DNA of 64,000 nt, from contig OZ253470.1 of assembly GCA_965261735.1 (NCBI GenBank), positions 4,768,001-4,832,000 of the forward strand, given 5' to 3'. The stretch's first letter is position 1. Every line of letters begins with the position of its first letter. The notes below the pieces were generated by a model. That model was not told the origin of the DNA. It was given only the letters and a program-made list of their open reading frames with translations, and made no database searches. Origin of the DNA: Alphaproteobacteria bacterium (GTDB lineage: Bacteria; Pseudomonadota; Alphaproteobacteria; SHVV01). Below, one piece after another: positions 22,778 through 35,276 of this stretch. A program made the translations under genes and the position numbers.

Positions 22778-23992
22778 TCAGACCAGCGTTCCTGGACCAC
22801 CGAGAGGAATGATGTCGACGATCTCGCCTGCGTGCGCGGCCGGCGCGTGCGGTGCGCGTACGACCAGGCAGTCGGCCTGGGCGAGCAGCCGGAGCATGCT
22901 GCTGTCCTGGCGCGCGAAAGGCGTGGCGGTGAGGTTGCCGGTCTCGTCCTCGGACAGTTCGGCGCGCAGATAGTCTTCGCGGTGATCGTTCTCCGCGAGG
23001 TCACCGCCGAGTACGGCGCGCCGGCGCGCCGGGCCGGCCGCGTCGATTCCCAACATCGCCGCGAGCGCGGGAGCGAGGAAGACGAGGCCGCACACCAGCG
23101 ACGACACCGGGTTGCCGGGAAATCCCAGCAGCGGCGTTCCGGCGATCTTGCCGTAGAGTAAAGGCTTTCCCGGCCGCATGGCGATCTGCCAGAAGTCGAC
23201 CTCGAGCCCGTGGTCGGCGAGCGCGCTCTGGACGACATCGTGATCGCCGACCGACACCCCGCCCATGGTGACCAGCATATCGGCACCGCGCGCGCCGGCG
23301 GCCATCGCCGCAACCGACTCGCGGCGGTCGGCGGCGATGCCGAGATCGATGGGCTCGCCACCATAGCGCTCGATCATCGCCGCCAGGGCGAGTGCGTTGG
23401 AGCTCACGATTTGGTTGGGCCCTAGCGCATCACCGGGGCGCACGATCTCATCGCCGGTCGCGAGAAGCGCGATGCGCGGTCGGCGGCGCACTTCGAGCCA
23501 GGGCACGTTCATGGCCGCGGCGAGCCCGATGTCGCGCGGCGTCAGTACCCGCCGCGCGGCGATGCCGACATCGCCCACCTTGAAGTCGAGCCCAGCTTCG
23601 CGGACGTAGCGGCCCTTGCGCGCGCCGGTGCGGACCGTGATCGAGCCCGCGCTGACCGCCGTGTCCTCCTGGATGACGATGGCGTCGGCCCCAGCGGGGA
23701 CCGGTGCGCCGGTAAAGATGCGAACCGTTTCGCCCTTGCCGACCCGGCCGTGGTAGGCGCCTCCCGCCGGCGCCTCGCCGACCTGGCGCAGAACCACCGG
23801 GACGCGGGCGATGTCGGCGGCACGCGCGGCGTAGCCGTCCATTGCCGACACCGCGGCCGGCGGTTGCGATACGCGGGCGACCACGTCTACCGCCAGGACC
23901 CGACCCACCGCGGCGCCGAGGCCGACCGTCTCGGCGGGCAGAAGGGTCTGGCCGGCAACGATCCGGGCGCGCGCCTCGGCGACGGAAATCAT
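22778..23992 (-). CDS. moeA: Molybdopterin molybdotransferase
   Basis: SAMDGYA, RIFTGAP, TGDE, GGVSVGDHD, PGKP, PGNPVS. Confidence 0.97.
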   Translation of the reverse strand: MISVAEARARIVAGQTLLPAETVGLGAAVGRVLAVDVVARVSQPPAAVSAMDGYAARAADIARVPVVLRQVGEAPAGGAYHGRVGKGETVRIFTGAPVPAGADAIVIQEDTAVSAGSITVRTGARKGRYVREAGLDFKVGDVGIAARRVLTPRDIGLAAAMNVPWLEVRRRPRIALLATGDEIVRPGDALGPNQIVSSNALALAAMIERYGGEPIDLGIAADRRESVAAMAAGARGADMLVTMGGVSVGDHDVVQSALADHGLEVDFWQIAMRPGKPLLYGKIAGTPLLGFPGNPVSSLVCGLVFLAPALAAMLGIDAAGPARRRAVLGGDLAENDHREDYLRAELSEDETGNLTATPFARQDSSMLRLLAQADCLVVRAPHAPAAHAGEIVDIIPLGGPGTLV

Positions 23993-23998
23993 GCGCCG

Positions 23999-24502
23999 CT
24001 AGCTTGGCTCGCGCCTGTAGATGCCGGAACGACCGCCCGACTTGGCGGTGAGTTTCACCTCGGTGATCACCATCGCGCGATCGACGGCCTTGCACATGTC
24101 ATAGACGGTGAGCGCCGCCACCGAGGCTGCGGTCAACGCTTCCATCTCTACTCCGGTGCGTCCGGAGACGCGACAGGTCGCGCTCACGTCGACCGCCCCG
24201 GTCGTCTCGTTGCAGGCGAGATCGACGGCCACGGACTCGAGCGGCAGCGGATGACACAGCGGAATGAGGTCCGGGGTTCGCTTCGCCGCCATGATGCCGG
24301 CGAGACGGGCGACCGCGAGTACGTCGCCCTTCATCATGCCGCCCTCCATCACGAGCCGCAGCGTGGCGGGCTGCATGCGAACGCTGGCGGTGGCCGTGGC
24401 CTCGCGCGCCGTCACTCTCTTGCCCGACACATCGACCATGCGGGCTCGGCCGGCCTCATCAAGGTGCGTCAGGGTCCGCGCGGCTTTGGACCGGCCGGTC
24501 AT
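23999..24502 (-). CDS. moaC: Cyclic pyranopterin monophosphate synthase
   Basis: [33 protein letters not shown]. Confidence 0.98.
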   Translation of the reverse strand: MTGRSKAARTLTHLDEAGRARMVDVSGKRVTAREATATASVRMQPATLRLVMEGGMMKGDVLAVARLAGIMAAKRTPDLIPLCHPLPLESVAVDLACNETTGAVDVSATCRVSGRTGVEMEALTAASVAALTVYDMCKAVDRAMVITEVKLTAKSGGRSGIYRREPS

Positions 24503-25314
24503 AGGGGAGCCGCACCGACCGGCGCTTGCGCCAACAGCACTGCCGTCGCTGCGGCCACGTCAGGCGCGCGCATCAGCGCATCGCCGACGAGAAAGCACGA
24601 GATGCCGGCAGCGCGCAGCCGGGCAATGTCGGCCGCATCCGTGATGCCGCTCTCGCTCACGGTAAGCACATCCGCCGGCACGCGCCCCGCCAGCCGCTCG
24701 GTCGTCGACAGGTCCACCTCGAGGGTCGCGAGATTGCGATTGTTGATCCCGATCAGACGACTCTCGAGGGCGGCGGCCCGTTCGAGCTCTTCTTCGTTGT
24801 GGACCTCGACCAACACGTCCATCCCGCGTTCGCGGGCCGCCGCCTCGATTTCGCCGGCCTGCCGGTCCGACAGCGCGGCCATGATGAGGAGGACGCTATC
24901 GGCTCCAAGCGCCCGCGCCTCGATCGCCTGATAGGGATCGACGAAGAAATCCTTGCGCAGGATGGGCAGATCGACGGCCTCGTGGGTGGCCCGCAAGTGG
25001 CTGTCCTCTCCCTGGAAGTGCGGACCTTGTGTCAGCACCGAGAGACAGGCCGCGCCGCCGTCGCGGTAGGCACGGGCCAACGCCGGCGGATCGAAGTCGG
25101 CCCTAATGAGCCCCCGGCTCGGCGAGGCGCGCTTGATCTCACCGATGAGCGCGGTTCGTCCCGAAGCCTGCACCTCGCGCAGACGAGCCTCGAAGCCGCG
25201 CGGCGGCGGCGCGACACGGGACGCCGCCATCACGTCCCGGGTCGAACGGATCGCCATGCGTCGGACGACCTCGACGCGCTTGTCGGCGCAGATGAGTTCG
25301 AGGAGGCCGCTCAT
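24499..25314 (-). CDS. trpC: Indole-3-glycerol phosphate synthase
   Basis: [28 protein letters not shown]. Confidence 0.97.
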   Translation of the reverse strand: MSGLLELICADKRVEVVRRMAIRSTRDVMAASRVAPPPRGFEARLREVQASGRTALIGEIKRASPSRGLIRADFDPPALARAYRDGGAACLSVLTQGPHFQGEDSHLRATHEAVDLPILRKDFFVDPYQAIEARALGADSVLLIMAALSDRQAGEIEAAARERGMDVLVEVHNEEELERAAALESRLIGINNRNLATLEVDLSTTERLAGRVPADVLTVSESGITDAADIARLRAAGISCFLVGDALMRAPDVAAATAVLLAQAPVGAAPL

Positions 25315-26357
25315 TCTTCGGCGACTCCCCTTGTCGTGACGTCCACGAGGCGCTCCAGAGTGGCGCGCGCCGCACCCGAATCGATCGCCGCAGCCGCGAG
25401 CGCGACTCCGGCCTTCAGATCGTCCGCCCTGTCGGCGACGATCATCGCCGCCGCGCAGTTGAACAAGACGATGTCCCGGAAGGGGCCCTTATGCCCGTCG
25501 AGCAGGGCGCCGAGGGCGAGCGCATTCGTTTCCGCATCCGCGCCCCTGAAGTCGTCGAGCGTAGCGACGGGGAGCCCTGCCTCGGAGGGCGACACCTCGA
25601 AGGTCTCGACGGCACCGTCCTTGAGTTCGGCCACGACGGAGGGGCCGGTCGTCGTCAACTCATCGATGCCATCGTTGCCGTGGACGACCCAGACGCGCTC
25701 CGAGCCCAGATTGGCGAGGACCCGAGCCATCGGCTCGACCCATTCGCGGGCAAATACCCCCAGGAGCTGGCGCTTGGCGCCGGCCGGATTGGACAGCGGG
25801 CCGAGCAGGTTGAAGATCGTTCGCGTCCCCAGCTCCACGCGGGTGCCGGCGACGTGCCGCATCGCACCGTGGTGGCGTGGTGCCATGAGAAAGCAGATGC
25901 CAGCCTCGTTCAAGGACTGCTGCACGAGTGCCATGTCGGCTTCGATATTGACGCCCAGCGCCGCGAGGACGTCCGCCGCGCCCGAGCGCGACGACTGTGC
26001 CCGGTTGCCATGCTTGGCCACCGGCACGCCGCACGCCGCGGCCACCAGGCTCGTGGCCGTCGAGATATTGAGTGTCCCCTTGGCGTCGCCGCCGGTGCCA
26101 CAGGTGTCAATGGTGCCGGAGGGCGCCTCGATGGTCACCGCCTTTTCGCGCATGGCCATGGCGCCGCCTGTTATCTCCTCGACGGTCTCGCCGCGCACGC
26201 GCAGTCCCACAAGGAATCCGCCCATCTGTGCCGGCGTGGCGTCGCCCGACATCATGATGTCGAACGCGGCGTGAGCCTGGTCGATCGACAAATGGGCGCC
26301 CGAGGCGACGCGCGCGATGATCTGCTTGAAAGCACTCATGTCCCTTGCCATCGCCAT
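25311..26357 (-). CDS. trpD: Anthranilate phosphoribosyltransferase
   Basis: DTCGTGGD, NIST, KHGNR, RTIFNLLGPL; start may be 26339-26357. Confidence 0.97.
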   Translation of the reverse strand: MAMARDMSAFKQIIARVASGAHLSIDQAHAAFDIMMSGDATPAQMGGFLVGLRVRGETVEEITGGAMAMREKAVTIEAPSGTIDTCGTGGDAKGTLNISTATSLVAAACGVPVAKHGNRAQSSRSGAADVLAALGVNIEADMALVQQSLNEAGICFLMAPRHHGAMRHVAGTRVELGTRTIFNLLGPLSNPAGAKRQLLGVFAREWVEPMARVLANLGSERVWVVHGNDGIDELTTTGPSVVAELKDGAVETFEVSPSEAGLPVATLDDFRGADAETNALALGALLDGHKGPFRDIVLFNCAAAMIVADRADDLKAGVALAAAAIDSGAARATLERLVDVTTRGVAEE

Positions 26358-26597
26358 ACCGATTGATCACCCAGACCTCGTCGATGTAATAGCGTAATCG
26401 CAATACCTTGCATTCCGTTGTTCATAATCTCGTTTACTTGATTGGCAAGGCTTTGAAGCTGCGTGAACAAAGCAGGGCAGCCGCCACGGCGTCAAGGGAA
26501 ACGACAGCCGGCCCGCGCCTGTTGGCCGCCGCGCTGGCATTGAGCTATATGTTGGCGCCAGGCGCGCTCACCTCTGCTGGCATAAGGATCGGAAACT

Positions 26598-27704
26598 CTG
26601 GCAACCTCAAGCAGCGCGAAAAAGACGGGCGGCCCTCGCCGGCCCCGGGCTAGGCGCCGCAAGGCAGCCGGGGCTCGGGGAGGTGGGCGCTTCGGGCACA
26701 GCGGCTTCACCCTGGCGCTCGGCTTCGTGGCCGGAATCGCGATCGGCGGCGCCGGGGCTTACATCGCGTTCAATTCGCCAACATCGCGTGCGCCGGCCTC
26801 ATCGACCACCGAGGTTGCCGCCGTGCCGCCACCCGCAGCAGCCGCGCGGTCCGCGCCACAACCCGAGCCCGAGGCGGCCGTCGCTAGCCCACCCGGGCCG
26901 CGACCCGTCCGCCGCACCCAGAGACCAGCACCGACGAACCCGTCCGTGGCCGCGCCTCGCGCGACCCATCGACGCGCCTGGCAGCGCTTTGCGGTGGCTG
27001 TCGATGTGGCACCGGGTGTGCCGATGATTGCCATCGTCATTGACGACGTCGGCGTCGATCGCACCCAGTCGGCGCGGGCGGCGGCGCTCGCGGGACCCTT
27101 GACGCTCTCGTTCCTCACCTACGCCGATGGCCTGGCCGGGCAGGTGCGCGGCGCGCGGGCGGCGGGCCACGAGATCATGCTGCATGTGCCGATGGAGCCG
27201 CTAGGTGCCAACGAAAACCCGGGTCCCAATGCGCTGCTGACCGGTCTGGATGCCGACGAAATGAAGCGGCGGCTGCTGTGGGGGCTCGATCGCTTCGAAG
27301 GCTACGTCGCTCTCAACAACCATATGGGAAGCCGCTTTACGAAGTCGGAAAGCGGCATGGCGGTGGTCATGGCCGAACTCGCAGCGCGCGGGCTCGCGTT
27401 CCTCGATTCACGGACCACCGGCGATACCGTGGGTGAGGGAATGGCGCGGCGCTATGGCGTACCGTTCGCGGGTCGCGACGTTTTTCTCGACAACGACACC
27501 GATGTGGTGAAGGTGCGGGCGCAGTTAGCCGTGGTCGAGGACACGGCGCGCCGCCAGGGTTACGCCGTGGCGATTGGCCATCCCCATCGGGGGACGATCG
27601 AGGCCCTGAAGGCATGGCTGCCGGAGGTGCGGGCGCGTGGTTTCGCGCTCGTGCCGATGAGCGCGATCTTCGCCTTTGGCCACACCGCCGACCAAGCTGG
27701 CTAG
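26598..27704 (+). CDS. Divergent polysaccharide deacetylase family protein (YibQ-like), membrane anchored
   Basis: IAIVIDDVG, HEIMLHVPMEP, NNHMGSRFT, FLDSRT, RDVFLDN, AIGHP; frame is open back to CTG 26598 behind an AAGGA. Confidence 0.88.
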   Translation: MATSSSAKKTGGPRRPRARRRKAAGARGGGRFGHSGFTLALGFVAGIAIGGAGAYIAFNSPTSRAPASSTTEVAAVPPPAAAARSAPQPEPEAAVASPPGPRPVRRTQRPAPTNPSVAAPRATHRRAWQRFAVAVDVAPGVPMIAIVIDDVGVDRTQSARAAALAGPLTLSFLTYADGLAGQVRGARAAGHEIMLHVPMEPLGANENPGPNALLTGLDADEMKRRLLWGLDRFEGYVALNNHMGSRFTKSESGMAVVMAELAARGLAFLDSRTTGDTVGEGMARRYGVPFAGRDVFLDNDTDVVKVRAQLAVVEDTARRQGYAVAIGHPHRGTIEALKAWLPEVRARGFALVPMSAIFAFGHTADQAG

Positions 27705-29581
27705 AAGAGGCTGTCGAGCGCCACGCGGTTGATGTCGACTCCGAGATCGGCTTCGAGGCTGGCCCGGTATTGGGCCAGGACATCCCTGGCCACGGCTTCG
27801 CTCAGCGCCGCAGCAAAGCGTTCTCTGTTTTCGTCCGACGGCGAAGCGGCCTGGATTTCGGTGAGGCGCGCTATCCCATAACCATCTCGCCCCGGTGTCG
27901 CGGCCATCGCGGCTTCGCCGACCCGTAGCGCAAAGAGCTCGGCCAGGAGCTCTCTCGATACCTGCCGCTCTCGGTCCGGCGCATTCCGGGTTTGGGGCTC
28001 GGTCGTCTGCACGCTCAGCCCGTGCGACTCGGCGACGGCCGCGAAATCTTCGCCAAGCTTGAGGCGCTCGAGGATCGCCTTGGCGACCTCGCGTGCGGCG
28101 TCGTCCTTGCGCGCGGCGGTCCAGTGAAGGTGAACCTCGTCACGGATGTCCGAGAGCGGGCGCAACGCCGGGGGCGTGACGGCTTCGACCTCAATCATGA
28201 AGTACGTACCATCGCTCGATTCGCGCAGCACGGGCTCTTCGCCGGGAGCCGTCTCGAACACCGCACGCACAAACTCAACGGAGACCGGCAGGTCAGGCAT
28301 CGGTTTGCCGTCCGCTCCCTGGCCGCGCGCGTCCACCGCGGCGATGCGCTTGAGCTCGAGATCGAGACGCGCGGCCGCCTCACTGAGGCTGGCACCGCCC
28401 GCAAACTCGTCCTCGATACGGGTGGTGAGGTCGAACAGAGCCTCCTCGGCCCGCCCCAGGGCGATGTCGCGGGCGAGTTCGTCGCGCACCTCGTCGAGGC
28501 CGCGGGTGCCGCCCTGTGCGACGTCGGTAACGCGGAACACATGCCAACCGAAGGGGCTTTGCAGCGGCTGGCTGTGGCCGCCACGGGCGAGAGCGAACAC
28601 GGCGTCCGCAGCGTCGATGGGCAGTCGAGCGTGGGTCACCTCGCCGAGCGAGACATTGTCCGCGTTCAGGCTGTCGGTCTGCGCAGCCGTATCGGCGAAC
28701 GTGGCACCCTCGCCCAGGAGCGCGTGGGCCTCCTCGGCGCGCTCGCGGCTGTCATAAAGCAGCTGCTCGACCGTGCGGCGCTCGGCGACGACGAACTCGT
28801 CGAGCCGATCCTCGTACGCTTCCTCGATCTCCGTGTTGTCGACTCTGATCTCCGCCACGAGGTCATCAGGGCGCAGCGTGACATATGTGATCCTGCGGTA
28901 TTCCGGGGCGGTAAATCGCTCGGCGTTCTCCTCGTGGAACGCCGCCAGGGCGGCTTCGTCGGGCGAATCGATCGTCGTGATCGATTCGCTCGCGACCACC
29001 AGCACCTTGGCCACGCGGCGCTCGGCGCGATAGGAGAACAACCGATCTACCAGGGCCGTGGGTGCCGCGCTACCGGCGGCCACGGCGTCGATCAGCTGCC
29101 CGCGTATGGCGTCGCGGCGCAGGCTATGAATGAACGCTTCCTCGCTAAATCCGTTTGTCGCCAGCGCCTGGCGAAAAATAGCGGGATCGAACACCCCGGT
29201 GACGTTGCGGAATACCGGGTCGCGCCTGATCTGCTCTGCGATGTCGCTGTCCGAGCGGGCGAGACCCATGTCGCGCGCGGCGATGTCGAGCAGCGTACGG
29301 GCGACGATGTCGGCCAGTGTCGCCTCGACCAGCCCGAGCTCGCGGCCGGTCTCGGCGTCGAGTTGTCTGCCGAGTCCCTGCGATGCACCCTGCAGCGTGC
29401 GCTGAAAGGCGTTGCTGAATTCAATGTCGGAAATCTCTACATCGCCAACGGTCGCGACCGTCGAGGTCACCCCGCCGCGAAAGACATCGCCGACACCCCA
29501 AACCGCGAAACTTGCGACGAGCAGGGCAAGCAGTCCCTTGAAGGCCCAGGACTGGGTCCCTTTACGCATCGATTGGAGCAT
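27701..29581 (-). CDS. ppiD: PpiD-like chaperone (SurA N-terminal domain plus rotamase)
   Basis: MLQSMRK, SFAVWGVGD TM segment, SPFGWHV; divergent from tpiA. Confidence 0.88.
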   Translation of the reverse strand: MLQSMRKGTQSWAFKGLLALLVASFAVWGVGDVFRGGVTSTVATVGDVEISDIEFSNAFQRTLQGASQGLGRQLDAETGRELGLVEATLADIVARTLLDIAARDMGLARSDSDIAEQIRRDPVFRNVTGVFDPAIFRQALATNGFSEEAFIHSLRRDAIRGQLIDAVAAGSAAPTALVDRLFSYRAERRVAKVLVVASESITTIDSPDEAALAAFHEENAERFTAPEYRRITYVTLRPDDLVAEIRVDNTEIEEAYEDRLDEFVVAERRTVEQLLYDSRERAEEAHALLGEGATFADTAAQTDSLNADNVSLGEVTHARLPIDAADAVFALARGGHSQPLQSPFGWHVFRVTDVAQGGTRGLDEVRDELARDIALGRAEEALFDLTTRIEDEFAGGASLSEAAARLDLELKRIAAVDARGQGADGKPMPDLPVSVEFVRAVFETAPGEEPVLRESSDGTYFMIEVEAVTPPALRPLSDIRDEVHLHWTAARKDDAAREVAKAILERLKLGEDFAAVAESHGLSVQTTEPQTRNAPDRERQVSRELLAELFALRVGEAAMAATPGRDGYGIARLTEIQAASPSDENRERFAAALSEAVARDVLAQYRASLEADLGVDINRVALDSLF

Positions 29582-29772
29582 GGCGGTACCGTCTCACCGA
29601 AATCGCCCGAGGCGCCAGCCGGCATGATAGGAGGGCGCCAGAAACGCCGCAACCTCCTCGGCGAGGGGTCGCACCGCCGCGCGAAGGCTGGCCAGCGTTC
29701 CTGCATTCTGCTAATCGAAGCGACGCCATCACCCGCCCGCGTCGGGCGTCAATCGGGCGTGCCGCACTCTCG

Positions 29773-30552
29773 ATGTCAGCGAAACCAACCCCCTTCATCG
29801 CCGGCAACTGGAAGATGAACGGCGGCCCCGGTGAAGCACGCGCCCTGGCCGGCGCCATCGGCGCCCGCGCCAAGGCGGCCTTACCGCCCGGCGTCGAGGT
29901 CGCCGTCTTCCCGCCGGCCCTTTGGCTCGGTCTCGTCCGGGACGCCCTCGACGGGGCGCCGACGGCGTTGGGCGGGCAGGACTGCCACGCCGAGCCCAAA
30001 GGCGCCCACACAGGCGATATGAGCGCCGAGATGTTGGCAGCAGCCGGCTGCGCCTACATCATCGTCGGGCACTCCGAGCGCCGCGCCGACCATGGGGAAG
30101 GCGACACCGACGTGTGTGCGAAGGCGCGGGCGACGCATCGCGCGGGGCTCGCGACGATCATCTGTGTCGGCGAGAGCGCGGACGAGCGCGCTGCCGGCAC
30201 CACCATTGAGGTGATCACGCGCCAGCTCGAAGGCTCGCTGCCCGAAGCGGGCGGGGCCGCGAACACCGTTATCGCCTACGAGCCGGTGTGGGCGATCGGC
30301 AGTGGCCTAACCCCGACGGCCGTGGAAATCGAGGCCGTACACGCGCACGTGCGCGAACGGATCGAGGCGCGCTGGGACGCCGAGGCCGGGCGCGTGCGCA
30401 TCCTCTACGGCGGCTCGGTCAACGCGGGCAATGCGCGCGACATTCTCGCCATCGCCAACGTCGATGGCGCGCTCGTCGGTGGCGCGAGCCTGATCGCCGA
30501 GGATTTCTGGGCCATCGTCGAGGCCGCGGCCCCCGTCGCCAACGCGGGCTAG
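29773..30552 (+). CDS. tpiA: Triosephosphate isomerase
   Basis: AGNWKMN, GHSERR, AYEPVWAIG, LVGGASL. Confidence 0.98.
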   Translation: MSAKPTPFIAGNWKMNGGPGEARALAGAIGARAKAALPPGVEVAVFPPALWLGLVRDALDGAPTALGGQDCHAEPKGAHTGDMSAEMLAAAGCAYIIVGHSERRADHGEGDTDVCAKARATHRAGLATIICVGESADERAAGTTIEVITRQLEGSLPEAGGAANTVIAYEPVWAIGSGLTPTAVEIEAVHAHVRERIEARWDAEAGRVRILYGGSVNAGNARDILAIANVDGALVGGASLIAEDFWAIVEAAAPVANAG

Positions 30553-30585
30553 CCTCGTCGGCGACAGTTGGTGTAAAAGCCAGCC

Positions 30586-30897
30586 ATGCAAACCATCGTG
30601 CTCGTCATTCACATCCTGATCGCGGTGTCGCTGATCGTCGTGATACTCCTCCAGCGCAGCGAAGGTGGCGCTCTCGGAATCGGCGGCGGCGGCGGGCTCA
30701 TGACGGGACGGGCAGCGTCCAATCTATTGACGCGCACGACCGCCATCCTGGCGGCCGGCTTTTTCGCGACCAGCATCCTGCTCGCGATTGTCGCCAACCG
30801 AACGTCCGAGCCGACCTCCATCCTCGACGAGGCGCCGGCACCTGCGCCGACCACGCCGGCGGAGCCGACGACCCCGACCGCGCCCATCTCCAACTAG
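30586..30897 (+). CDS. secG: Preprotein translocase subunit SecG
   Basis: ILLQRSEGGALG, LTRTTAILA. Confidence 0.96.
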   Translation: MQTIVLVIHILIAVSLIVVILLQRSEGGALGIGGGGGLMTGRAASNLLTRTTAILAAGFFATSILLAIVANRTSEPTSILDEAPAPAPTTPAEPTTPTAPISN

Positions 30898-30970
30898 AGC
30901 GAGGCCGCGTGCGCAACGACTCGAGCCCACAGGTTTGTGCGGCCGCCGAAGCGGTGTAGGGTAGGGGCCC

Positions 30971-32602
30971 ATGACGCGCTTCATCTTCGTAACCGGCGGC
31001 GTCGTGTCTTCCCTCGGAAAAGGTCTCGCTTCCGCCGCGCTCGGCGCCGTGCTGCAGGCGCGCGGCTTCAAGGTGCGGCTGCGCAAGCTCGATCCTTACC
31101 TCAACGTCGATCCAGGGACGATGAGCCCCTACCAGCACGGCGAGGTCTATGTCACCGACGACGGCTCGGAGACCGACCTCGACCTGGGCCACTACGAGCG
31201 CTTTACGGGCGTGCCGACGCGCCACAGCGACAACATCGCGACGGGGCGTATCTACCAGGCAATCATCGGCGGGGAGCGTCGCGGCGACTACCTCGGCAGT
31301 ACCGTTCAGGTGATTCCCCACGTCACCGATGCGATCAAGGCATTCGTGCGCAACGGCACGGAGGACGCCGACTTTACCCTGATCGAGATCGGCGGGACGG
31401 TCGGCGACATCGAAAGCCTCCCGTTCCTCGAGGCGATTCGCCAGCTCGGCAACGAGCTCGGCCATGAGCGGGCCGCGTTCGTGCACCTCACGCTGGTGCC
31501 CTTTATCTCCTCGGCCGGGGAGCTCAAGACCAAGCCGACCCAGCACTCGGTCAAGGAGCTACGCAGCATCGGCATCCAGCCCGACGTGCTGCTATGCCGT
31601 TGCGACCGTGAGATCCCGGACGGCGTGCGCGGCAAGATCGCCCTGTTCTGCAACGTGCCCGAGGAGGCGGTGATCCCGGCCCTCGACGTCGCGTCCATCT
31701 ACGAGGTGCCGCTCCGCTATCACGAGGCCGGCCTCGATTCCCAGGTGTTGCGCGTGTTCGGCGTCGACGATGCACCGGCCCCGGACCTCAGCCGCTGGAC
31801 CGAAATCGTCGAGCGCATCGAGGCGCCGGAAGGTGACGTCAAGATTGCCGTCGTCGGCAAGTACACGGCGCTGCAGGATGCCTACAAGTCACTGATCGAG
31901 GCACTGGCCCATGGCGGCATCGCCAACCGCGTGCGCGTCGATCTCACCTGGTGCGACTCCGAGGTCTTCGAAAGCGGCGAGGTCGGACCGGACCTCGAGG
32001 GCGTCAACGGCATCCTCGTGCCGGGCGGCTTCGGCGAGCGCGGCGCCGAGGGTAAGATCGCCGCGGTCACGTACGCGCGCGAGCGCCAGGTTCCCTACTT
32101 CGGCATTTGCTTTGGGATGCAGCTCGCCGTCCTCGAGGCCGCGCGCAATCTCGCGCGCATCGACGGCGCCGGATCGACCGAGTTCGGCCCCTGCGCAGTG
32201 CCCGTGGTCGGATTGATGACTGAGTGGATGCGCGGCAACGAGCAGGTGCCGCGACCCGGAGACGGCGACCTCGGCGGGACCATGCGGCTCGGCGCCTACG
32301 ACTGCGATCTTTTGCCGGGCAGCAAGGCGTGGAAGATCTACGACGAGGCCGGCAGCATCAGCGAGCGTCATCGCCACCGCTACGAGGTCAACATCAACAT
32401 GAGGGAGCAGCTCGAGCAGGTCGGCCTGGTCTTCTCGGGCCTGTCGCCGGACGGCCTGTTGCCCGAGATCATGGAACTTTCCGACCACCCGTGGTTCGTC
32501 GGCGTGCAGTTCCATCCGGAGCTCAAGTCGCTCCCCTTTGCGCCACACCCGCTGTTCGAATCGTTCGTACGCGCGGCGGTCGAACAGTCGCGGCTGGTAT
32601 GA
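30971..32602 (+). CDS. pyrG: CTP synthase
   Basis: [31 protein letters not shown]. Confidence 0.98.
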   Translation: MTRFIFVTGGVVSSLGKGLASAALGAVLQARGFKVRLRKLDPYLNVDPGTMSPYQHGEVYVTDDGSETDLDLGHYERFTGVPTRHSDNIATGRIYQAIIGGERRGDYLGSTVQVIPHVTDAIKAFVRNGTEDADFTLIEIGGTVGDIESLPFLEAIRQLGNELGHERAAFVHLTLVPFISSAGELKTKPTQHSVKELRSIGIQPDVLLCRCDREIPDGVRGKIALFCNVPEEAVIPALDVASIYEVPLRYHEAGLDSQVLRVFGVDDAPAPDLSRWTEIVERIEAPEGDVKIAVVGKYTALQDAYKSLIEALAHGGIANRVRVDLTWCDSEVFESGEVGPDLEGVNGILVPGGFGERGAEGKIAAVTYARERQVPYFGICFGMQLAVLEAARNLARIDGAGSTEFGPCAVPVVGLMTEWMRGNEQVPRPGDGDLGGTMRLGAYDCDLLPGSKAWKIYDEAGSISERHRHRYEVNINMREQLEQVGLVFSGLSPDGLLPEIMELSDHPWFVGVQFHPELKSLPFAPHPLFESFVRAAVEQSRLV

Positions 32603-32618
32603 TCACGGTCGTGCCGCC

Positions 32619-34756
<2,138 letters not shown>

Positions 34757-34789
34757 AGTCTCGCCATCGACCGCGCGGTCAAATTCCTG

Positions 34790-34821
34790 TTGACGTTGCC
34801 GAATCGCATGTGATTCGATTC
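34790..34821 (+). promoter_or_regulatory. Putative ftsB promoter with three GANTC sites
   Basis: TTGACG at 34790 followed by GAATC (34801), GATTC (34812), GATTC (34817). Confidence 0.5.
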
Positions 34822-34841
34822 CGTCGTGGGGACGGTAGCAC

Positions 34842-35276
34842 TTGAGACATAACGGCCGTTGGCGACACGCGGTGACGCCGGTGCTGTGCGTGGCGGCGGT
34901 CGTCTATTTCGGCTACCACGCGATTCAAGGTGACCGCGGGCTGTTGGCCTGGCTCCACCTGACCCAGCAGATCACCCGCGCCGAGGCTATCGTCAACACC
35001 GCCGCCGCCGAGCGCCATCGTCTCGAGCGCATGACGCGGCGACTACGGCCCGAAAGCCTCGATGCCGATCTCCTCGACGAGCGCGCCCGCCGCACCCTCG
35101 GGTTGGCCAAACCGGCCGAGGTGATCATTCCTTGCCTATCCGGTTTACACCCACACCCACTAGGGCTAGAATGGGCGCAACCCGGATATAGGGGAGCGCG
35201 CCATGGATGTTCTCGACCGCGCCGATCTCCCATTCCCGCATTCGCTACCCGAGTTCCAGCGACTTTTCCCCGATGA
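34842..35276 (+). CDS. ftsB: Septum formation initiator FtsB/DivIC; last 3 native codons replaced by 48 IS-derived codons
   Basis: YFGYHAIQGDRGL, LRPESLDADLLDERAR..LG....EVII; conserved position between eno and pdhA; native end LLP* lies after the IS at 36243-36254. Confidence 0.9.
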   Translation: MRHNGRWRHAVTPVLCVAAVVYFGYHAIQGDRGLLAWLHLTQQITRAEAIVNTAAAERHRLERMTRRLRPESLDADLLDERARRTLGLAKPAEVIIPCLSGLHPHPLGLEWAQPGYRGARHGCSRPRRSPIPAFATRVPATFPR

